Positions 1 to 7,283 of a stretch of DNA of 17,088 nucleotides are shown here, one piece after another. How positions within the stretch are numbered: the stretch's first letter is position 1; every line of letters starts with the position of its first letter. Source of the stretch: Elusimicrobiota bacterium. GTDB taxonomy: Bacteria; CG03; SLGR01; JBDRKX01. Made by a program: the position numbers and the translations under genes. Where the stretch lies: the NCBI GenBank assembly GCA_043813605.1, contig JBDRKX010000008.1, forward strand, positions 1 to 17,088, written 5' to 3'. The notes beneath the pieces were generated by a model, which saw only the letters and a program-made list of their open reading frames with translations, did not search any database and was not told the origin of the DNA.

Positions 1-243
1 AGAGTTAGGGTGGAGAAAATTACTAAGAGCGCAAAAGATGGAGGGATTTTATTTATGCGGGTATATTTTTTTGCGTTGATTTTATGCCAATTTTATTGCT
101 GGTATGACGCGGATTTTATTGGCAAGGATTACACGTAATAGTCGAGCTGTTTTTCTTTTGCCAGGCCCGACGGGTATATTGTACCTTTCCAGTCGGGAAA
201 AGAGAAACCGCTTGTTCCTACTCTTATCATATCAATATAATAA

Positions 244-406
244 ATGACTACTCAGTTAGCGCAGAAGTGAGTTAAGAAATGACACACAGAAGTAGCTCAA
301 TGAATTTTGTCATCATTTTTATCGACGAAGACATTACCAGAAAATATTCTTTTGGCATGTCTTGAAAAGGAGGAAATGGCCTTTTCTGCGCTAACTGAGT
401 AGTCAT
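244..406 (+). mobile_element. Non-autonomous MITE, an internally deleted IS1595-family element
   Basis: Perfect 23-bp terminal inverted repeats ATGACTACTCAGTTAGCGCAGAA (244-266) and TTCTGCGCTAACTGAGTAGTCAT (384-406). The interior translates as QK*LNEFCHHFYRRR (from 287) and, after a frameshift, ENILLACLEKEEMAFSALTE* (stop at 400-402, inside the right IR). This resembles the IS1595 transposase C-terminus YLxEFxxRFNRR. Confidence 0.8.
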
Positions 407-441
407 CATATAATATGAATTTGAGACAGATATGTAAAGTC

Positions 442-470
442 TTGATATTATAGCACATTTGTGCTATAAT
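442..470 (+). promoter_or_regulatory. Sigma70 promoter of lexA
   Basis: -35 TTGATA (442-447), 17-bp spacer, extended -10 TGcTATAAT (462-470), followed by SD AGGAGGTG (477-484) and ATG at 490. Confidence 0.8.
447..470. promoter_or_regulatory. Palindromic operator, candidate LexA (SOS) box
   Basis: ATTATAGCACA-TT-TGTGCTATAAT has perfect 11-bp arms and covers the spacer and -10 of the lexA promoter. LexA proteins typically repress their own promoter. Confidence 0.7.
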
Positions 471-489
471 GGGTACAGGAGGTGAAAAA

Positions 490-1095
490 ATGAATAATGA
501 TCTAACAGAAAAACAACAGAATGTACTTGAGTTTATAGTATCAAACATAAACGACACATCTATACCGCCCACACTGCGCGAGATAAGGGATCACTTCGGT
601 TTCTCATCGCTTGCCAGCCCCAGGCACCATCTTAGGGAACTGTCAAAAAAAGGCTATATAAACCTGAAACGATCGGTCTCACGCGGCATAGAACTCCTTG
701 TATCTCCTTATGCCATCCCCGTATTAGGTGAGATAAGTGCCGGCAGGCCTGTGGAAGCATTTGAGAATATCGAGGGCTACCTCGACCTGGTAAACGCTTT
801 TGCGGGAAAAAGGCCGCTTTTCTGCCTGAGGATAAAAGGCGACAGCATGGAAGGCGCCGGCATAATGGAAGGAGACCTCGTCATAGTCAGAAAACAGGAG
901 ACTGCCGAATCGGGACAGATAGTTGCGGCATTGCTTGATGACGAAGCTCTCGTAAAACGTCTTTATAAAAAGAATGGCAGATTATTTTTAAAAGCCGAAA
1001 ACCCGGATTATCCTGAGCTGGAATTAAACGGCGGCCGCATACTCGGAAAAGTAGTGGGCGTCGTCAGGAACTATGAACAGATTCCACTCTACTGA
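490..1095 (+). CDS. lexA: SOS repressor LexA (201 aa)
   Basis: N-terminal wHTH (LTEKQQNVLEFI...PPTLREI...RGIEL), Ala-Gly cleavage site (IPVLGEISAGRP), catalytic Ser (GDSM) and Lys (VKR). Start moved from 469 to 490 because the SD lies at 477-484 and ATG469 overlaps the -10 box. Confidence 0.96.
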   Translation: MNNDLTEKQQNVLEFIVSNINDTSIPPTLREIRDHFGFSSLASPRHHLRELSKKGYINLKRSVSRGIELLVSPYAIPVLGEISAGRPVEAFENIEGYLDLVNAFAGKRPLFCLRIKGDSMEGAGIMEGDLVIVRKQETAESGQIVAALLDDEALVKRLYKKNGRLFLKAENPDYPELELNGGRILGKVVGVVRNYEQIPLY

Positions 1096-1330
1096 GATAA
1101 AAGAACCCGTAAAAGTCGGCGCGGTATTCGAAAATGCTTCGGTAAAACCGAAATGGTTCATATGGAACAGCAAAAAACACTCCCTCGAAAAGATCACTTA
1201 CACATGGACAGATAAGGACAAAGGCCAGAAGGTGATCTGTTTTTCAGTATGGGACGGCACCGATATTTACGAACTTTCCTTTAACGTGAAATTCTGTACG
1301 TGGCGGCTGGAAAAGGTATATTATGAATAA
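1073..1330 (+). CDS. Small hypothetical protein, DUF6504-like (85 aa)
   Basis: Overlaps the end of lexA and the start of dinB, consistent with translational coupling. The pattern PKWFIWN...ITYTW...FSV...YELSF...WRLEKV resembles small beta-rich proteins found beside error-prone polymerases. Family assignment is tentative. Confidence 0.8.
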   Translation: MNRFHSTEIKEPVKVGAVFENASVKPKWFIWNSKKHSLEKITYTWTDKDKGQKVICFSVWDGTDIYELSFNVKFCTWRLEKVYYE

Positions 1331-2559
1331 CTCAGTGCTTCACGTAGATATGAACGCTTTTTTTGCATCAGTGGAACAGCAGTCCAACCCGATGCTCAAA
1401 GGCAGGCCTATAGCCGTCTGCGGTAAAGGCCGCACCGTAGTCGCCACTGCTCCTATGAAGCAAGGAGATACGGTGTCAGAACAGGGATGTCGCTCAGGGA
1501 AGCCAGGCGATATTGTCCGCATCTGGTGCCCGTGGAAGGCAACCACGCAAAATATGTGGATACTGCCGCCAGGATACATAACATATTCCTTTCATGGACC
1601 GAATACATAGAAGTTTTTTCTATTGATGAAGTATTCATGGATATGACAAGGGCGGCGGGATATTTTAATATACCCGCAAAAAAGATCGCGCAGGATATCA
1701 AAAAAAGGATATTCGAAGAAACAGGGCTCACATGTTCCACCGGGATAGCGCCCGGCAGACTCCTGGCTAAACTCGCTTCGGGCATGGAAAAACCCGACGG
1801 ACTGGTTGAGATAACCCCGGATGAAATACCTCTCATCCTGCACGAGACCCCCGTGGAAAAACTCTGCGGCATAGGCAGCAGCACAAAAAAAACAATCTGA
1901 ACATTATGGGGATCAAAACGCTCAAGGAGCTCGGCAATACACCGGCGGAGGTACTGGCCCGCCATTTCGGATTCATGGGCCACATACTTAAACGCATGGG
2001 CCAGGGCAGGGAGACAAGCCCCATTGAAAAATATTCTGCCGACAGGATCGTTAAATCGGTGGGCCATTCAAATACGCTCGCCGCTGATACTCATGATCCT
2101 GAAATACTTAAATCGTTTCTGTTTATATTGAGCGCGCGCGTCGCGGTAAGGCTGAGGCGGTATTCGATGAGGGGAAAGAGGGTATCTCTCCATATAAGGC
2201 ATAATGACTTTTCCGGTTTTTCCCGTCAGAAAAGCCTTGCATCGGAAATAAATTCCGGAGAGGATATATATATAAACGGCTGCCGCATACTTGATGAGAT
2301 CCTGCCTGCGGACAGACCTGTAAGGCTCATCGGTGTCACGGTTTCAAAACTGGTCAAAGACACGAACCAGCAGTATCTTTTTAACGGATCTCTACGGAAA
2401 GAAAAGCTTTCCCGGCTCATGGACAGCATCAATGAGACTTACGGGGAATTCACACTGAGGCCGTTGTCCTTTGAAATAGCCGCAGGTTTTACGGGAAAAA
2501 TTACGGGAAAAGCGGTCAACATACCTTCAAGAGTACACGGATTTATACCAAGGCACTGA
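1323..2559 (+). pseudogene. dinB: Y-family DNA polymerase IV, split over three frames (apparent single-base losses at about 1450 and 1885-1892; possibly assembly errors)
   Basis: Motifs HVDMNAFFASVEQ, VVATA/SYEARRYGVRTGM, SIDEVFMD, AKLASGMEKPDG, LCGIG, KSVGHSNT, VRLIGV and clamp-binding-like QQYLF are colinear across ORFs 1323-1610, 1487-1900 and 1906-2559. Confidence 0.92.
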
Positions 2560-2584
2560 ATCACCCCAAAATCAGAAGTGTGTA

Positions 2585-2613
2585 TTTACAAATTATAATT
2601 TGTTTTATAAGAT
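2585..2613 (+). promoter_or_regulatory. Putative promoter with overlapping 16-bp palindromic operator
   Basis: TTTACA (2585-2590), 17 bp, TAAGAT (2608-2613). Perfect palindrome ACAAATTATAATTTGT at 2588-2603. Confidence 0.5.
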
Positions 2614-2640
2614 AATATATCGATAAAAAACGGAATCCAG

Positions 2641-3168
2641 ATGATGTCACTTATAAAATGTCCGGAATGTAATTTTAAGATCGGTTCCCAGGCAGTATCC
2701 TGTCCGAAATGCGGATATACCAGGAACAACAGTAGAGAAACTGAAATACCTGGAGCAGGCCGGCGGCACGGTTTTGAATGGAAAAGCCGACAGCATATAT
2801 GCGGCTGGCCGCTGATCCATATAGCATTCGGAAAGGATAAACAGACCGGCAAACTGCTTATCGCCAAAGGAGTAGTTGCGATAGGCCAGTTTGCAGTGGG
2901 ACTGATCACGATCGCGCAGTTCGGCATCGGATTCGGACAGTTCAATACCGGCATTATCGCGGTAGGGCAGGGAGCGCTGGGCATATATTTAGGGCTGGGG
3001 CAGCTGGCGACAGGTGTGACTGCCATAGGACAATTCGCTTGAGGGAAATATGTGCTTGCGCAGGCCGGTTTCGGCACATACATGATATCAGCGGCCGGGA
3101 AAGATCCTATAGCCGTGGAATATTTCAACGAGTTGTGGCAGACTATAAGAAGTCTGGCTGGATTATAA
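2641..3168 (+). CDS. Zinc-ribbon protein with Gly-rich membrane repeats, interrupted by in-frame TGA at 3040-3042
   Basis: N-terminal CPEC...CPKC, then WPLIHIAFG and repeated GxxAIGQxAxG. The same frame continues after the TGA as GKYVLAQAGFG...DPIAVEYF... to TAA at 3166-3168, filling the gap up to the SD of the next gene. Confidence 0.75.
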
Positions 3169-3187
3169 ACTATACCGAGGAGGTCCG

Positions 3188-3694
3188 ATGGTATTTTTAC
3201 GCATGTTACTTTATGTAATGCTTGCACTTGTTATTGTCGCATGTATTTTCGGGTTGAATGTGTTCTTCACCAGGTTCATGGACAAATACGCCCGCAGGAT
3301 CAAGCAGGATGGAAAATCATATTCATCCAAACTTGAATTCGATATCGGGTGCCTTGTAGTAGCCGGCTTATTCCTTTCGCTTATTATTTTTTTCCCTGCC
3401 GTAAAAAAAATGTTCTTCCTGATCATGGCTATGATGTTTGTAATACGTTCTTTTTACGGGAAGTTATCGGTCCCGCGCGGAATAGCGCTTTTCTTCGGAT
3501 CATTCCTGGTCTCTTTTTTTGTTAATTCCGTCGACAATCCTATGGTTAAACCGATACTGCCCGTAACATTTTTCATACTGAGCATACCACTTTTAATACT
3601 GGGATTCTATAAACCGCGGGACTACCAAAAAGCCGGGGAGAATTCAGGTGAACCCAAAAAAAAGAATAAGCGCAAAAAGGGTATGCAAAAATGA
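3188..3694 (+). CDS. Hypothetical multi-pass membrane protein (168 aa)
   Basis: SD GAGGAGG upstream, about five hydrophobic segments, Lys-rich C-terminal tail, ATGA overlap with the next gene. Confidence 0.75.
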   Translation: MVFLRMLLYVMLALVIVACIFGLNVFFTRFMDKYARRIKQDGKSYSSKLEFDIGCLVVAGLFLSLIIFFPAVKKMFFLIMAMMFVIRSFYGKLSVPRGIALFFGSFLVSFFVNSVDNPMVKPILPVTFFILSIPLLILGFYKPRDYQKAGENSGEPKKKNKRKKGMQK

Positions 3695-4983
3695 AATTTA
3701 TTGACAACTATTTTAAAATAACGCAGGCAGGTTCGACAATATCCACAGAAATCATTGCCGGATTTACTACGTTCTTTACTATGAGTTATATAATCTTTGT
3801 CAATCCCGTTATACTCCGCGATGCCGGAATGCCTTACAGAGGAGTTCTCGCAGCGACTGTCCTTGTGTGTGCTGTCAGCTCTGTTATGATGGGCCTTTTT
3901 GCCAATCTCCCTTACGGGCTTGCGCCGGGTATGGGAATAAACGCTTTCTTCGCATACACGCTTGTCCTTTCAAAAGGTATCAGCTGGCAGACTGCACTCG
4001 GCGCTGTGTTCATCTCCGGTATAATATTCATCATACTGACTCTTGCCGGTATCAGGGAAAATATAGTCAAAGCTATTCCCCCGAACCTGCGGCGCGCGGT
4101 AGCAGCAGGTATAGGTATTTTCATCGCATTCATAGGACTGCAGAAAGCCGGTGTAATATCGGGCAGTAATGCCACTATGGTCTCTCTCGGGCAGCTCGAT
4201 ACAAAGGCCTGCCTGTTTTTTGCCGGCCTGCTTTTCACGGGTATACTTGTACTGAAGAAATATAAGATAGCCCTGCTTGCGGGTATTGTGTTCACATCTC
4301 TTCTCGGTATAATTTTCGGGCAAGCTGCCATACCCGAAAGGATAATCGTGCTGCCTGATTTCAGCAGTGTGTTTTTTAAGATGAATATAAAGGCAGTCTT
4401 TCAGGTATCCATGATCGCTCCTGTCTTTACGTTTCTCTTTACAGACATGTTTGACTCTATATCGACTTTCATGGGAGTGTCGCAGGCCGCGGGCCTTACA
4501 GATGCTGACGGTCAGCCGCGCAATATAGGCAAGGCTCTTTTTGTCGATGCTGTTTCTACGACTATATCAGGACTGTTCGGGACATCTTCCGGGACCACAT
4601 ATATAGAAAGTGCTGCCGGTGTACAAGAAGGCGGAAGAACCGGATTGACCGCAGTAGTTGTAGGCCTGCTGTTCCTTCCTTTTCTTTTTTTTGCCGGCGC
4701 GGCAAGCGTTATCCCGGGATACGCCACATCACCGGCACTGGTGATCGTAGGGGTCTACATGATGACAGTAATAACTGAAATTAATTTCAGGGATTTCGAA
4801 GAAGGGTTCCCGGCATTCTTGAGTATAATTATGATACCGCTGACCTATTCGATCACCCAGGGAATAATATGGGGTTTCATATCATATACTCTTTTTAAGG
4901 TTATTATGGGTAAATTCCGCGAACTCCATCCCATGATGTTTGTTATCTCTTTATTTTCCGTACTGGCACTGATATATGGATAG
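3691..4983 (+). CDS. NCS2/AzgA-family purine permease (PbuG-like)
   Basis: TEIIAGFTTFFTMSYIIFVNP, LAPGMGINAFF, TTYIESAAGVQEGGRTGLTA and IPLTYSITQGI motifs; highly hydrophobic 430 aa. Confidence 0.95.
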   Translation: MKFIDNYFKITQAGSTISTEIIAGFTTFFTMSYIIFVNPVILRDAGMPYRGVLAATVLVCAVSSVMMGLFANLPYGLAPGMGINAFFAYTLVLSKGISWQTALGAVFISGIIFIILTLAGIRENIVKAIPPNLRRAVAAGIGIFIAFIGLQKAGVISGSNATMVSLGQLDTKACLFFAGLLFTGILVLKKYKIALLAGIVFTSLLGIIFGQAAIPERIIVLPDFSSVFFKMNIKAVFQVSMIAPVFTFLFTDMFDSISTFMGVSQAAGLTDADGQPRNIGKALFVDAVSTTISGLFGTSSGTTYIESAAGVQEGGRTGLTAVVVGLLFLPFLFFAGAASVIPGYATSPALVIVGVYMMTVITEINFRDFEEGFPAFLSIIMIPLTYSITQGIIWGFISYTLFKVIMGKFRELHPMMFVISLFSVLALIYG

Positions 4984-5090
4984 ACATTTGGAACATCGGG
5001 TATTAATTATTTGTTAAAGTTAACCTTAAATAATATAATATACATCAGTATTGCTTCCGCATGGAAAGAAAATATGAACAGGAGAAAATT

Positions 5091-7028
5091 ATGAAAAAAA
5101 TCTGTCTTATTATTTCTACAATCTTGATCGTATCGTGCTGGTATCTCAATGCCGAAGAAGCTGCGGACAACACCGCATCACAACCGGAAATAAAAGGACC
5201 CCAGGCAACCGAGCTCAGCGTACGTTCCGCAGAAATAACATCCGTTAAAGGCATGGCTGCCATAATGAAGAAGGAAACCGGGGAATGGAAAAAACTTGCA
5301 GACGAGACGGAACTTAACGAAGGTGACCAGGTCTCAGTCGGCCCCGAATCCGAAGTGGTTATAACAGTGGATGAGAACACTATCACACTTTCCGAAGGCA
5401 CTCTTTTCAGATTCAGGCTTATAAGTGATGATACAAAGATAGATTTCTGGCACGGAAGGATGAAAGCCAGGATCAGGAAACTCAGTATGAATCACTCGTT
5501 TGAAGTCATTTCCCCTGTAGCGGTTTCCACCGTAAAAGGAACCGAATTCGACATGGAAGTCACCGGAGACAATACTGCCAAAATTAGGACCTATTCCGGT
5601 AAGGTCAGCGTGAAAGACCTTGCAACGGGAAAAGAGGTCATGGTGAAACCCGGCTATGAATGTACTGTCGGACCCGGTATGTCCGAACCTCTTCTGGAAC
5701 CTATAGAGAAACCGGCTGAAACAGCACCCGCACAGGAAGAAGAAATGGAAGAACCCGAAACAGAAAAAACCGGACCGGAAAAAGAAGTTGAAGACGAGCC
5801 CAAAGCCAAATCTCCTAAAAAAGGACCTGCTGCCGGACTTGGGATAAACGGCAGTTTCGGTGCCGACGTTCTTACCGATCCTGACAATCCGGGAGAAAGC
5901 AAGATATACTACAGCCTCAGCCTTATGCCGGAACTATCAATATGGAGATTCGGAGTCGGTTTTGACCTTAACATATATTTTGACGAAGAAGGGAATATAC
6001 GCAGTGAAGACTGGGATAGTCTGGATGATGTAGTGGGCAAGATATGGTATATACGGTACGGTAAAAGAAACGATCCCCTTTATATACTTTTCGGAGGGAT
6101 AAAGAGCTATTCACTCGGACACGGTTTTATAATGAGTAATTATACTAACATGCTAAACTATCCCGATGTCAGGAACAAAGGAGTCATACTGGAAATTAAC
6201 CGCGGAAAACTGGGTATTCAGTCTGTAATATCTAATATCGATTCATACCCGGTTATCGGAGGCCGGTTATCATACATGCCGCTTCTTTCAAGCGGACTCC
6301 CGGTTATCGGCCGGCTTAAACTCGGTGTAAGCGGCGCAATGGATAAGAATCCGGACATGGATAATTCTACCGAGGATGATGAGGTCCTCTTTTACGGGGC
6401 GGATTGCGAAATGCCGCTTTTGAACATCTTTCCGGTTGACAGTTATATCTACGCCGACTATGCCACTTGTTCGCTCGGAGATATGTACGGTATTGATGAT
6501 TGCGGTATGGGCACGGCCCTCGGGCTCGGCGGGACCGTTCTTAAAAAAATACTTTTCGGACTTGAATACAGAAAACTGGACAATAACTTCATACCGTCTT
6601 ATTTTGATACATACTATGAAGCAGAGAGGGCAGATAAGATCGATCCTGCGTTTATTACTCCCGGGAAAGAACCTAGAAGGGAAGGCCCTTTCTTTATGCT
6701 TGGTTTCGACCTGATGAACAAACTGGGTGTTAAACTCACTTTTGAAGATTACAATATAGATCCTGCTGACAGGTATCCTTATTTCCACGGAGAAGTCAGT
6801 ATCGATCCTGTGCTCCTGATGAACAAGTTCACGCTTGCCGTTTCTTATGACAATAAAAATGTCAACAAACTCTCGGATATAGCGGAACTTGACGGCGCTA
6901 TACTCACAACCGAACTCGGTTATATGATAGCACCGAACATACTCCTGCTTGTTACACAAAAACAGACGTTCGATGAAACAGGCAATGCTGCAAAAACAAT
7001 GTCAATGAGAACAAGATTCAGGTTCTGA
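5091..7028 (+). CDS. Exported FecR-domain protein with probable C-terminal outer-membrane beta-barrel
   Basis: SD AGGAG before ATG5091; signal peptide MKKICLIISTILIVSCWYLNA; FecR-like region (LNEGDQV...SPVAVSTVKGTEF...TYSGKVSV); Glu/Pro/Lys-rich linker; aromatic alternating beta-strand pattern ending in terminal Phe (RTRFRF). Confidence 0.8.
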   Translation: MKKICLIISTILIVSCWYLNAEEAADNTASQPEIKGPQATELSVRSAEITSVKGMAAIMKKETGEWKKLADETELNEGDQVSVGPESEVVITVDENTITLSEGTLFRFRLISDDTKIDFWHGRMKARIRKLSMNHSFEVISPVAVSTVKGTEFDMEVTGDNTAKIRTYSGKVSVKDLATGKEVMVKPGYECTVGPGMSEPLLEPIEKPAETAPAQEEEMEEPETEKTGPEKEVEDEPKAKSPKKGPAAGLGINGSFGADVLTDPDNPGESKIYYSLSLMPELSIWRFGVGFDLNIYFDEEGNIRSEDWDSLDDVVGKIWYIRYGKRNDPLYILFGGIKSYSLGHGFIMSNYTNMLNYPDVRNKGVILEINRGKLGIQSVISNIDSYPVIGGRLSYMPLLSSGLPVIGRLKLGVSGAMDKNPDMDNSTEDDEVLFYGADCEMPLLNIFPVDSYIYADYATCSLGDMYGIDDCGMGTALGLGGTVLKKILFGLEYRKLDNNFIPSYFDTYYEAERADKIDPAFITPGKEPRREGPFFMLGFDLMNKLGVKLTFEDYNIDPADRYPYFHGEVSIDPVLLMNKFTLAVSYDNKNVNKLSDIAELDGAILTTELGYMIAPNILLLVTQKQTFDETGNAAKTMSMRTRFRF

Positions 7029-7049
7029 ACATGAACCGGTTAATATAAG

Positions 7050-7283
7050 ATGAAAGCTGTAGTCGACAGGATAGAAGACGGGGATATAGCGGTGATCCAG
7101 ATTGAAAATGCCGGGGAAATAAAGCTTCCGGCAGATTGTCTCGGAACAGATATATATGAAGGCGCGCATCTTGATATCACGGTCAGGATAGATAAAGAGA
7201 GTGAAAAAGCAGCCTGCGAAGATATAAAAAGTCTTCAAAAGGAACTGCTGGAAAGAAATGACAGTAAAGATGACAATAACTGA
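7050..7283 (+). CDS. DUF3006-family protein (77 aa)
   Basis: MKAVVDRIEDGDIAVI...LP...EGAHL followed by a C-terminal helix matches the DUF3006 pattern. Confidence 0.8.
   Translation: MKAVVDRIEDGDIAVIQIENAGEIKLPADCLGTDIYEGAHLDITVRIDKESEKAACEDIKSLQKELLERNDSKDDNN

Noticed and set aside
1..138. Open frame 1 running in from the window edge (...ADFIGKDYT*), with short GATTTTAT-like repeats
   Set aside because: Too short, no recognisable motif, low complexity; cannot be supported as a gene end or repeat array.
367..402. AAGGAGG followed by ATG giving the peptide MAFSALTE
   Set aside because: SD spacing is too short, and the sequence is explained as the tail of the decayed transposase.
469..489. 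Upstream ATG for lexA given in the ORF track
   Set aside because: Overlaps the -10 box and lies upstream of the SD.
297..572. 91-aa minus-strand ORF
   Set aside because: Antisense to the lexA start, its promoter and the MITE; no family features.
3040..3042. Genetic code 4/25 or selenocysteine recoding
   Set aside because: TGA terminates several well-defined genes here; the context is a hydrophobic repeat rather than a redox motif, and I saw no obvious SECIS.
3600..3690. Purine riboswitch ahead of the NCS2 permease
   Set aside because: The permease start overlaps the upstream CDS; no leader or aptamer consensus.
5001..5045. AT-rich imperfect palindrome (TTAAAGTTAACCTTAA) with slight resemblance to a XerD arm
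   Set aside because: Does not fit the dif 11-6-11 layout; probably just promoter DNA for the FecR gene.
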